The notes below the pieces were generated by a model, which was not told where the DNA came from, ran no database searches, and was given only the letters and a program-made list of their open reading frames with translations. 64,000 nucleotides of DNA, from NCBI GenBank assembly GCA_051362555.1, contig CM120648.1, forward strand, positions 11,962,587-12,026,586. Reading direction: 5' to 3'. The stretch comes from Lingula anatina (Eukaryota; Animalia; Brachiopoda). Below, one piece after another: positions 12,941 through 25,735 of this stretch (its first letter is position 1; each line of letters starts with the position of its first letter). The position numbers and the translations under genes are program-made.

Positions 12941-14846
12941 AACAATAATGTCCGACCTTTCTCAATCTTATCTCCCTCTGCCTTATAGCTTCTGACCGCC
13001 GCTGGTCAATCGTATCAACGCCCCTGAAAGCGTCTTATCCCGAGCTGACCAATGTTATCTACATCCCTGGACGCGGCTTGACCGGTAATGGTCAGCCGTA
13101 TCACGTCTTGCTTAATTTGAAGTTCTACTAGTCCACTTTCCGCCTAACGTCTTAAAAGCTCATATTCAAACGTGGGCTAAGCTGGTTTTCCATTCTCTGC
13201 CGTGAAAGCAAACAGCGATGTTTGGGTTAGGGCTATTATTGTACGGGGGCTCAACAAACAGAGCGGTCGCATTACTCTCGAGTGAGGAGGGGGTTTAAAT
13301 ATACATCCTTTACTTAATGCCGTTGATGTATATAAATGTAACTGGAGCTAACGACAAACGAAAAGGGACAAAATCACTTTATTTTAAAGGTAAACTGAGC
13401 GATTCCTGAGAGGTTATGAAATTTCATGTACCGCTGTAATTGAATATAACGGCCGGAGGCCCAGCTTTTCTGTTGTGTTGTAACCAACTCTGATAGTCTG
13501 TAACTAATAACTGATCTTCCATGGGATTTGAAACAGAAGATTCAGATTTGAGAAGTTTGAATGTAACTTTTGTACGGGCGATATGCTTAGGATAAACATA
13601 AACAGAGAAAGTCGGTGGGGAAGATTCAAGCAAGTAAAATCGAAAAACAAACGTTGAGGAAAAAAGATTATTAAATTTTTAATGGAGACGCAAAGTAAAT
13701 AGAGGAAAACGAGAAGAGGGAGAAAAGTAGATAAAAAGGACCGAAGAAATAGAGAAGAAGAAAAAAATATTAAAAAGTGGGACAAATATTGGAATAAGAG
13801 GAAGGAAAACATTATTTTTAGAGAACTGTCAAAAGAAACGAGAGCGGTAAAATGTTGTCCTACACAACGGGCGAAAACAAAAATTTAAATTCGAATCCAT
13901 TAACAGAAAGGGGAAAAAGAGCTTGGTCGAATATGAGTTGACAAGAAGATGAATGAACTGCCTTGTTTGAAATTCATGGTAGGATAATTTAAGTGAGTTC
14001 ATTACGGAAAAATCAGATCAATTGCTAAAGGGCTTTGCTCCCCTCTAACTTTCCTATTCTCTATGCTTTTAAAAGACAGATTCTTGTGACTCCCTATTCA
14101 AGCCTTAAGCATTCCACTTTTTGCTTTGAAAAATTTTTCTTAAGTCCTGACATAAAAACCACATACGCTCGATCAGAAGTGCAGGGGGAGGAGGGGAGGG
14201 GGGTTCTCCCTTTCCGATACCTGAACACGGCAGATTCCGTGTGTACAGTGTAACGTGATTCCACTAAACCCCTTCGCATCACGTTCAGGTGCGCGTGTGG
14301 ACCTTTAAGATCAACAGGTCTCTTTTGATAGACTGAAACGTGTTGGGTTTTGTTTATAATATGATTACCGCATTCCGATCCTCTAGGACAATATAAACTT
14401 TTTACACGTTCTTGACAGGTAGAGGGATATAGATGGGCCGATTTCATTCTTAATCAAAACCCTGCATTTCATTCGCATTTAATTTACGATGTGAGAACTG
14501 GAATATGGGGGGGGGGGGGGGGGTTTGCAGCATAAGATATATTAAAATAGCTTTGCCTATCTAAAAAGTGAATACTCAAGTTACAGAAAAGCCACCCCGA
14601 GAGCGTGAAATAAAGGATATCCACTTCTAACGCTTTTCCATAAATCAAGATACAATGGTTCAGTGTAAAACACCTTCCATGATGTCATCATTTGTAATGA
14701 GTAGATGTGAAAGAATTGCCGTGTTACCAAGGTGTTAGAAGGGCAATTGTGGTTGGTGTGACGTAAAACATGACATTGTGTGGGGCATAAGGTGTGACGT
14801 AATGTATGCTGTGAGGTGTGACGTAAGTTGTGACGTCAGGACTCAC

Positions 14847-15011
14847 CTTTGGGCAGCCCTGGTAGAACTCTATGTTCTCCAGATGATCTATCAGCTGTAA
14901 CCGCATCATGGTGGCTTCAAATGACAGGGTCTCCTGGTCCAGGCATTCCAGTACAAACTGCTGCACTTTGGGCAGGAGGCGAGACACGCCTGCAATGAAT
15001 GGGACGCGTGT
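14847..15011 (-). CDS. Tandem-PH adaptor gene, exon encoding an AFAP/SKAP-type N-terminal helical domain
   Basis: ttttcaaag|ACA ... AAG|gtgagt, 165 nt, phase 0/0. LLPKVQQFVLECLDQETLSFEATMMRLQLIDHL resembles the AFAP1 N-terminus ([32 protein letters not shown]). Confidence 0.75.
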
Positions 15012-15030
15012 CTTTGAAAACAAGAAGGGA

Positions 15031-15076
<46 letters not shown>

Positions 15077-16179
15077 ATGGTTACCTTTTAATTAATGTAA
15101 CTAAATTGCCTTAAATAACATCGTTATGTATGAGTAATATATCATCCATCCACCGTTTATCTCTCTCTCTCCATCAAAATAAAATAAGATCAAAATAAAA
15201 TTTATCAAGTTATATCTTTTAATTGATGTTTTAATTGATTTACTTAAAAGATATAACAGTTATTTTCCAAAAATCATTATGGACATATATGCTCGCGGAT
15301 AGGCCAAGCATTCTACAAAAGCAATAACAACGTTCTGGTAAACAATAACAATGCAATAATAAAGGTAAGCTGAATGCTAGCACAATATCAATTATAGCAA
15401 CAATACGCACCGATACCAGCACCGTTGATAAAACATGGCCAAGCATATTGACAACAACAACAACTTTGACTGTGACACAGTAATATCACCCCTCAGTACC
15501 AATTATAACACAATAAATCTAGCCACTGGCTAACGCGCCTGACCATAGGGGCGATTGTCGGATTACTGCGTAACCTACAATACAAAGGATACGGACTACC
15601 GGCCGTATTGTATCATTACGTCATATGTGACGTAACATAGGTGATACAATCCCCGGCCGCTGGCCCCCTAACGGGGACAGTATTACAGCTACATCTTCCT
15701 GTCGTGCACGCATGACTGGTCACTTTGTGGTCAAGCGTGCTCTTGGAGCTGGTAAGCTGAGGATTAGGGCAAAATTTGCGCATGCTGCTGCATAATTTCT
15801 TATTGATACCTTCTCAAGAGACTTCAACGCCCCTGTACTTTTTCACCTAAGACTTCAAACTTTTAAAGAGCATAAAACACTGACACTCGGAGTATTGTAG
15901 CTGGCCTTAATCTATCATTCTCCGTGGAAGAAATATTTGATCGGGTTAATAATTTTGAGAGATGGAGAGATACAAGAGCAGGCATTTTGTTTTCACCGAG
16001 CGACACAACAGAATTAAAAAATTGCTGCATTTCATACATGACCGAGATGACGAAATTATCAAAGTATATATGACCTCATCATCTTCCTATACCATTGATT
16101 ATAAGCATAATACTACGTGTGTTAACTTAAGAGTAAATTCAAATATTTTAATATTATACAATACAATTAAAATTGTATT

Positions 16180-16232
<53 letters not shown>

Positions 16233-17181
16233 TTTTAAGTCTATTCAAATAATGGAGAAACATGTCCTTCACACCCTGATAGATAACCGGCTTTATTTTT
16301 TATACCCTGTAGACTCAAATAGTTTTCTTCCATACACAAGGGGGCATTTTATGAAGTAAAAAGCACGTACGTGTTTTCACTGTCTTTCTACTTATCAGTA
16401 CGTAATGAATCGTTTCCAACGTGTTTCTGGCTATGAATTCCTTTCGTTTACATGTGTTATAATATCATTGATAACATCATAAACCACATATATGTGATTT
16501 TTATACCTCCAACATCGTCAAGCACAAATCCAGGGGTGGGGGCACAAGGTTAAATCAATTTACCGAGACGAGGGCAATCCATTATAATACTTTATATACA
16601 TTATAAGTATGGTACAAGAATGATATGGCTATGTTTTATATCATTTCGCTTTTTATATAGTATGTTAGGGAGGGAAAGGGGGAGGAGTACCCCCAAGGGA
16701 TGGATATCTGCTGTGCCCCCCACCCCCTTCCCCCCACCCACTGGCACAGCCATTGCAAGTAGAATAAATAATGAGGATTTAATCTGCATTGATTAATGGT
16801 GACTTGAGGTAATGGATTAGGAACGCAGGCGTCTCACCTGCATTCCTTCCCGCAATAAATCAAACTTAATTACATAGGGGTGATGTAACCTTACCTTAGG
16901 GAAAAATTTAAATCGTCTTAATTGCATAATGAGGTCGGGTTACTGAGGCTTGTTTCAAAATTAGACGATTGATACCTAATCTAGTGCCGTTTATTGATTT
17001 TTTTTTTGCTTGATTATTTTGGCTATCAAAATGTCAAGTCAAAAATGGGGTAGATGTCTCTGTCTACAGGTGCGTCACCACTGTGAGCTCGACCCCAACA
17101 ATATACCCTACAAATTAACAATATTTTCTGAAGAGGATGGTCACATCTCTAAACAAAGAAGAGATTAGCATTGTCACCTAC

Positions 17182-17284
17182 TTCTAAATACACAATTGTA
17201 ACATGTCTTTCAGAAACATGTCTGTCAGCATGTCGGCCATCTCCATCGCAGAAATTGCGAAAATGGTTTGAGGTGAGAAAGGTC
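17182..17284 (-). CDS. Possible upstream exon of the tandem-PH gene
   Basis: ccctgttcag|G ... GAA|gtaggt, 103 nt. Open only as phase 2/0 (TFLTSNHF...IVYLE), which is compatible with the exon at 15011. No homology support. Confidence 0.3.
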
Positions 17285-20190
17285 CTGAACAGGGAATGAG
17301 GTAGGAGTGGGGGGGGGGCACACGATTTATTCTTACCATACCAAACACACTCATACGTACATCTATCTACACGTGTAGGCGAGCGCAAAAAAACACACAC
17401 GCACACACATGGGTATGCATGCGCACACGCAAACGCACACGCACACACGCACACACACACTTCTCCTACCTTGTAAATAACAGTCGTCATAACAAAGGAG
17501 ATCCATTTTCATATTTGTACACAAAAATTGTTGTTCTCTTTACTGACCAATGTCCCTGACCAAGGTATTGGTCCTTTTTCGTCTTTAAAATTGTATCATC
17601 TGAAAGTCTTTATCATGAGCCCGCCACACCCATCTATTTGGATAGTTTCATTGATAGGTGGACATATTTCACTGATCCTTCTGTTTACACTGGCTCCTGT
17701 AACTCAATTCAACCTGATTCGCTTCCCTATGTGTCCTATATAGAATCTCACAACACGATTAACACCTGATCCTGCTCTTTCATAAGTTGATGTCCGTCTT
17801 GACGCCTTCCTCTGTCCACTTTGTGTGTGACACTGACCCTCAGGACACCGGTCAGTCACTGGTTACTCACTAGTCAATCCACAGGACTATATCCGTGTCC
17901 ACGTAGTCAAACTCAATTTAGTCCTGCGAAACTTCGCGTAGACTCCCCCATAAGATGGGTCACATGGCTTTGCCTCGGTACATTGCAATACTTGACTGTT
18001 TAATATGTGAAAATTCAACGGCTTCCTTATATTAGCAATTATGCCAGTTTTGTTTATAGTTCTCCATGTAATATAAATCAGCTCTATCCTGCCTTGGATT
18101 CAAGTGCTTTGGACAATGTTTTCAAGTGGAATGTGAAAGTGGCATAATTACGGTTAATTTTTGGTCTCATTTGCACAGAGAAGTGATGTCATGACATTAC
18201 AACCAACAAAGAGGCGTTTAACCCAATATTTGCGTTCCTGATGAAAGGAAAATGCAAATAACCAAGACAAGTCTTGGCGAAGACGATATGTTTTACAGGT
18301 GGTATTTATACACAGTACAGTTCACTTACGAGTATGTATTACTTGTTTCATCGTATACTGTATTCAAGTAGGCCGGACCGCACATTCATATCATGAAACG
18401 TGGAAAACAAGTATATCTTGTCTTTTGTGATATTTGTATTAAAAACACTCACGGGATGTTTTGCTAACCTCGTCTTCCTACCCAAAAGTATAATTCCCTA
18501 TTTTCTGAATCCTTCAACCGTCAAGGAGACGAACAAGGCCTGTTCATTGTTCCCTTTTTTCCTTTCGATGATTCAATCCAGATTTTTCTCTCCGTCTGAC
18601 TGAGTATCACAAGACTTCGTTATGGGATCTAGACTGTAATGCACTTAAGCCTTCTCTATAATGTTATTCCGTTTGACAGAATTAAGCAAACTGTCTTCAC
18701 TAAAATTGTACTGAATTCAACTTGTGAATCACTCAAAACGTTTTCAAAATTTCCATTTGAAACGGATCTTAGGCCTTTATTAATCGCAAACTTTCTTCCA
18801 AGGCAACGCTTTCAGCAACTCCCCTGCGTAATTAAGACGTACCGTACTAATGGCACTCAGCGTATGAAAACGTGAATCCTTTAAAGCCACGTACACTCTA
18901 TACTGTGTTAAGTGTATTCTTCTTTTGTAGTTCGTTAAAGCCAGAGACAATTTACATCATGTTCAGTTATGATGATGTCAAACGCTTAGTTGTGGATTGC
19001 ATCCGCCCCCTAGGTAGAGGGGATCCCGCCGTATGACCGAATCGCACCGTGCGTACTACGAACTCAAAGTGTACTCTTCATTCTCGCCGGGAACGCCGAG
19101 AACGCAGCGGTGTCTTTGAGAATCCAGTGTTTTCCCTTTCAGTCCTAAATCTTTCAGGAAAGGCTCCTTGTCTTACATTCACTCCCTACGTAAAGTCATG
19201 AGGAGTCTTCAAGTTCACCAGAGATTAGAGCCATGTCCTTTGGGTCCTCTATCCCAAAGGCTTTTCACCAGATCGCACCACGGCCTAGGCTGTATGCGGC
19301 TTGAATGTTGATACTACCCACCACAAACGCTAAGCGGACCACAGAGCTCAAGCCTCCCGCGGAAGTTGCGGTATTGTGAACGCCACAATACTAATTGCTT
19401 GTTTTACCGCACGTAAATACATAGTCCGCACTCACGCTGGCTGAGCAAGTCCACATCCCTTTCACTGCGGTGTACACTGTTTGGGCTTGTGTATTGGCTT
19501 TTAAATGGAACGCTTACTTATGCTTAACCCAGAAGTCATGTTAACACTCTCGTGTGCTGGCCCCGTGACCCCCACTAATCCGCGCTGTTTTGTCTCCTGA
19601 ACGCGTGACTAGGCTCGAGATTAGCCGAGATACGGGATTATTTTCGGGGATTATCCCCGGGTCCTGTTGCCAGTACGTGCGTCTGAATTATCAGTCTAGT
19701 AAAATAAGAAGGATCCCGGGGGAAATATTTGACATCTTAATAATATGCATGACAACTGTAGCTCCGCCGCATCCCCACCCTAATATAAAAGCGAGAAGCA
19801 GATGGGCTGGCTGATGTCACATTCCTGTGACGTCACATGGGACGCTTTAAAAGACCAGTACCTTTTATTACAAGGATGATGAGGAAAAAAATTAAAAATT
19901 GTTTGTTTTTTTTGGCATTCAAAAATGGGTAATCTGGATCTAAACTACGCCAGTGCCTTAAAAGCAGAATAGTCATTTTAAATAGCTGATTTTGTAAACT
20001 GACTAAACAGGCTATGTAAATGTATTCTTGGACATAATATCGTTATTATGTCAAAGATGTATTTAAGAAGGATGGTTGCGAAAAGCAATATCATGATTAG
20101 AATGTTTTTCTTAACATTAGATATGTAATCATGGGCCATCCACATTCTCTCTCCACTTCTATCTACAATGCACGTTAATGAGTACAACTA

Positions 20191-21516
20191 CACACACTGG
20201 ACAAAAGAAGTGTCACCCCCTAACTCAGAGTGATGAAAGTAGGCAGATCTTGGGTACTTATAATGCCTGGTCTACTATGTACAGCAAATGTTATTCCTGT
20301 CTTCCTCCAGTATGGCAAGATACAGGTAATTATCTAACGGTTATAGGTGCAAGTTATTAACCTGAAGAGGCGGAATATAAGCAATGTCAGAATATCGATA
20401 CAATTGAATTGTTCAGTCAGAACCGTGCAGAGGGTCTGGTCTCGGTATAGAAACACTGGATCAAGAGACAAATTGCCTCTGATGGGTCTTCCAAGAAAAA
20501 ATACTGGCCGTGAAGACCGACGAATGATTTTGATGTCCAGGTTGTCAAAGTTCGACACTGCTTGTCAGTTGAAAACACAGTGGAACAATTTCACACATAA
20601 GAATGTGTCTGTGAAAATTGCTAGGCGTCGGTTACATGCTCAGAGAGTGTACAGCAGGGTAGCAAGACTGAAACCTCTTATATCGTTACAAAACAGGCAA
20701 CGTAGAGTAAACTAGGGTCAACAGGCTCTGGAACTGGACAGTTCATGACAATTGGTCCTATATATTTTTTCTGATGAGTGTCGCTTTGGTCTGACCTCTG
20801 ATGACAGACGTGTACTATGCTGGCAAACTGCTGGTAAAGCATTTGAACCACATGCACTGAATTTTCGAACCCGGAGCAGCATATTCATCATGGTGTGGGG
20901 CTGCATCAGCATCCATGGCTTGGGCGAATTGATAGTGGTTAATGGAAACATGAATCACTAGAAATATATCGATGTTTTGGAGTCAGGCTTGCTACCATCT
21001 ATTACTAACATGTTTGGTGAAAGGAATTATCCATCTGTTCACCAGGATGACAATGCTCCTTGTCACAGGCCCAGAGCAGTTGATGATTGGTTTGACCAAC
21101 AGGACATTCGCAGGGTGATGTGGCCTGCCCAGAGTCCGGATACAAACATAATAGAAAATGTGTGGAATGATATGTCAAAACTGTTTACAAATGCCCGTCT
21201 AACCAGCAGAGAAACTCTGTTATATTCAGTGTTTCATGCTTGGGCCAGCATAAGCCCTGAACGCATCAGACAATTAAATGAATCCTTGCTTCGTAGACTG
21301 GCACCTATTATTAGGTCACGTGGCTATGCCACTAAGTACTAATTTTGGACTTGAAACTACATATTTTGGTAGAATGTATATTTTGTTCTCATTTTGTGAT
21401 TTTTTTGTGAAATTTGATGTTAATAAAATGATACCAGGAGCATATCATTCCACAGTCATTTATCTCCCCCATAGTATTGGCTCAGTAGGGGTGACACTTC
21501 TTTTGTCCAGTGTGTG
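20191..21516 (+). mobile_element. Tc1/mariner (DD34E) DNA transposon, full length, inactive
   Basis: Perfect 29-bp TIRs cacacactggacaaaagaagtgtcacccc (20191-20219 and 21488-21516). TA target-site duplication at 20189-20190 and 21517-21518. Contains a transposase remnant. Confidence 0.95.
20312..21342 (+). pseudogene. Tc1 transposase pseudogene
   Basis: HTH region (IQLNCSVRTVQRVW), KPLIS, FSDE, IMVWGCIS, QDDNAPCH and WPAQSPDTNIIENVW, with 34 residues between the catalytic D and E. Broken by stops and frameshifts near 20327, 20713-20748 and 20959. Confidence 0.93.
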
Positions 21517-23704
21517 TACGTCATTCCAACTCGACAAGACAGAATGGTGGCATTTAGGGGGTTTATTGGGTCGGGGAGGGGGACTGTGGTCAGTGCACCT
21601 CTTTTACGTTCTGGGGTGCAGGCTTCTCACCCTTTTCCCTTCCCAGAACAGTAAAACGAGCGGAGCAAAACAGAACCAAGCTACTGTTTCATCGCTGCAC
21701 CCGACAAATCATAGTTAAACTGTCCTTTTCGTCAAGTGATTTGTATTCGTCGATGCATTTTTTCTTCAGAATTTGGGTCCACTTTTGCTTCAGCAGAATC
21801 CTGTATCCCCAGTGTAAATATTACATACATGTATACTGCATTCCCCTCAACAAAAACACAAACACATAAACACTGTACTGTCGCTTGAAGATTTTTAAAT
21901 ACTTTTTTAAGCAACCTGGTTGCCAGGTAACGATAATTAGTTAATTTCCGGTTTATGTCTGGTGGTGAACATTAGACACCTGCAGTTACCCTGGATTTCA
22001 GAAGTCACGAGAAATCAACCACAGTTATCACCTTGTCGACGTGACTTACCAGTGACCTGTGACTTTCAGGGTGTAGGCATTTATAATGCTGCTGACTACT
22101 ACGCGTGCATTTATTCCGTTTTAGAACTATAGCTTCAGTGTACTTTACCGCCCGTTTAGCCCGAGGGAGACATTAACAATTAATGCAATGTTTAAATTAA
22201 GACGATTATTTCATTTTCTGAATGAACGCTTTAAATACTTACGGTCACAGGGGTCAGACATCGCAGCCGAGCTTCAAATAAAACATGCCAGGGAAAACGA
22301 TCTGTTTTTCAACTTGTTTAAAAGCGGATCGAACCTCGTAGGGACTGCGTATTGTTTTGTTATTTTGTCAACACCAGCGTTTCTATTTAGCTCATCTTTT
22401 GTTCTTTGTCTATGAGAGATTATAACTCGTGGGAAATCAAACAGGAGAAATGTGTATGTGAACGAATATTGCTATTATGGAACGTATGAATTGCTCTCCT
22501 TTTTATTCAAGTATGTTTTTTATTGAAACGTAATGCAATTGGCTTTCAGATTGTTTTCCATCAAAACAAATAATGATAATAAAGCACCAAACTTTTTATA
22601 TAGCTCTCATGATTGCGCATAGTTGCATTAACAATAGTGAGTGCGTCTCTTGCGTTAATTATCGTGCTAAAATAATATTTTTTTCTTAACAACTAGAAGA
22701 TAAAAAAAATTACATCTTGTAATTTTTACGTCTTCACTGATATAGTTTTACATGCAGTTGCGTCGTACGAACACCATAGCACCTGCCAAAATATTTCTTT
22801 CCAAAATACTATCCAGACCAATTTCCACATAAATAAAGAAATGAAAAGAAAAGAATACTAAGGTTATTTAATCCTTTATGATATTTTCACAAGTTTGTTA
22901 ACCTATTTGTTTTGTAATTATAATATATTATAATAAATCATTCAGAAGGATTAAGGTATACCATTACATGGGGAAATGACTAAAATAAGGGAGGAGTTTA
23001 GACATGTTTATGATGACTAAACGGTTCTTATTTGGCTTTTATTATCTCTCGTAAACGTTTTTAAGATAATGGAACAATGAATGGGATCGCATTATACGAC
23101 ATTTACCCAGTTTCTTTTCCGAATTCTATATCTATTTCATAATGCTTTGCATCATTTTTTATAATACAGATATAATAAGAGATGAAAATTTAAGATAAAA
23201 CCCGTATCACCAAATGACATTATGCCATACTTATGTTATCCAAAGATATTAATAATAATTTCAAATGTTATGAAATTGTGGTCGTGTATTACATCGATTT
23301 TTCTGAGCCTATAGCGTCGTTTTAACGACATTGTCAAAGTTGGTGGTCTTATTAATTTATTCATAGTAACAGTTGCGTCACCATCCGCAACAGCACTGAC
23401 GTCGTTATTCACTCTGGATGTGTTCAAAGCAGAATGCATTTAAACGGTTAAAGTTTTATTCAAGTTGGAAGATAAAGAATTGGTGTACCTTTAACTGTGT
23501 GCTGTAAAAAAGCGGTGATGTAGCTTTTGTTTATTTATGTAGATTTTCTTTTCGCTGTAGCATTATTATTCAAGATACTTCGTCTGGATACTTTACTGTT
23601 ATATGGGAAAATGAACTGAAACGCTAATTATATGAATATGATCAGGTTATTAAAAATTTGCAAACAAAATAAAGGAATAATCCTTGAATAAACTGCGTGC
23701 ACAA

Positions 23705-23740
<36 letters not shown>

Positions 23741-23991
23741 TTACTTACCCTATTGCTTGACTATAACAATAACTTTTGAATGCAAAATAATAAATTTCGA
23801 ATTTCCTATTCAGTTCTACATCACTTCCTTTCTTTTTTTCTTATATAGGAAAAGTTCAACCGACGCATACATATACTTTTATACACGTATATCTTTATTA
23901 CATACAGATATTACATGATCAGTACATTATCCATTGGGGTGCGATATTTTTTAAGGCTTACAAAGGATGGATATCACAAATGTGTTGTTAT

Positions 23992-24241
23992 GGGAGACCG
24001 GGGCTAGTTGGACCCCGGGGTAAGTTGCCCCCCCCCCCCCCCCCCCCCCCCCATCAAGTCTCTTTATTAACGTTACTTTAGGATGCTAAATTATTTCATT
24101 TGGACTCACTGCCGACGCTTTCTTAGCACTATTGGATACGGTCACTTTACAAAATGATGTGATCAATTCTTTTACCCATAGTCATAAATTGATTGGGGGG
24201 GGGGGTAACTTACCCCGGGGTCCAACTAGCCCCGGTCTCCC
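23992..24241. mobile_element. MITE with ~45-bp TIRs
   Basis: gggagaccggggctagttggaccccggggtaagtt(g/a)cccccccc is present at both ends in inverted orientation. TA immediately to the right and TAT to the left. Confidence 0.85.
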
Positions 24242-24837
24242 TACTGTGACAAAGTGTTCATGAGAGGAAAGAATAATTGTGTCTAAGATCAAAATTTAAA
24301 AAAAATGTATAGCTGATCAGAGGCATTAAAAATTGACAAATGTACTTGGTGAGTAAAAGATGTAAATGGAACCTCTAACACAATAGCATTCTTTTCAACC
24401 TTTCCCCTCCTCTTCTCCCCAAAACATGGAAGTAAACCGTGGTATTGAGCTTATTCTGAGCACCAAATATCAAATTGCAGATATATAACAAACTTTTTGT
24501 GCGAAAAACTAAATTGAACTTTAAAGACACTCAAAGTACACGGATCAAGGTACATGTAGATAAAGCCCATAACTTTGGTAACTTTTCCAAAGATTATTAA
24601 ATTTGATCGGCTATTTACCGCACAAAGTATGAACATTATTGAAATCAGTAGCCTCAGGGGGTTACATTGTCATAAACCTTTCCCTCGTATCCTTAGATGA
24701 CCTGTACTTATGCCTGCACGTACTTCAAACAATTTTTACCAAAATACCAAGCAAAAGTTGTCTCTATAATTTCATTTCCTGGCAATTCTTGATTTAATAG
24801 TTTGAAATTGGATAAAGCAATAGTCGGTGAGCACTAG

Positions 24838-25199
24838 AATCCTGTTGAAGGATATTTATATTCCTGGACTGATATCTTCTATCTGCGTATGTTCCCCTGC
24901 CGATATTTGATAGTAAAACACATATTTGTTTTTATCTGTATTAGATCATATTATTTATTAAGTATTATTAAGTATTTTACTATTAGGTTATCAATATATC
25001 GTTGTTGACATATATATTAAATGACACAGTAACTATATATATATATATATTGCAAATGACTGAGTGTCTCTTTGTGAGTGAGTGAGTGAGTGAGAGAGTG
25101 AGTGTGATTTTTATTTAGTTATTTATAAATTTTGTATTTTTTGCTGAAATCTGTACTTATTTGAGATATGCAATAAAAAAAAAAAAAATCCTGTTGAAG
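24838..25199 (+). mobile_element. 5'-truncated non-LTR retro-insertion (3' end plus poly(A)) with a 13-bp TSD
   Basis: aatcctgttgaag occurs at 24838-24850 and 25187-25199. The insert ends in AATAAA running into an A-tail. Confidence 0.8.
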
Positions 25200-25499
25200 T
25201 CTCAGGGTAAAACTTGTAAATGATTTTTTCCTGGAGTCTTTTTTAACAATTCTTTTTAAGTATTGATTGAGCCATTGCGATTAATTGGAAGCTAAATGGC
25301 ACCTCTGCCAATCGATAAACAACCATATATTATATACATGGGGTCACATTAAAAAAGCATCTTTATTCAAACCAGCATTTAAAATAATTACAATAAATTC
25401 ACAACGAACTATCGTCACCTTTGTAGAAGGGACACAATACTATGGTGCAAGTATTAGGATGACAGTCTATTTCACTGACGTATTCACCACTCTTCTCCT

Positions 25500-25735
25500 T
25501 CATATAATGACGTCATAGTCAATTCCACTGATGCATTAGCTTTGTTGCTGTGCATTGACGTCAATACCACATTGGCTGACGTCATATACCATATGACGCT
25601 TGGCAGGTTGTATGCAGAACTCAATCCGAGGGAGGACACACTGTCTCATTAACAACTGAACGCACATGCGTGGAGAATGCAGATAGTGAGTCCTCCTTGA
25701 GACTGATGTTCCTTTCACAGCGCCATCTATCTTCG
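25500..25735. promoter_or_regulatory. Candidate cis-regulatory cluster (three CRE palindromes and a CTCF-like motif)
   Basis: TGACGTCA at 25508, 25556 and 25577. cagcgccatcta near 25718. Confidence 0.3.

Noticed and set aside
16303-16325. taccctgtaga, matching the 5' end of miR-10
   Set aside because: Only 11 nt match. The 3' half diverges and there is no convincing star arm.
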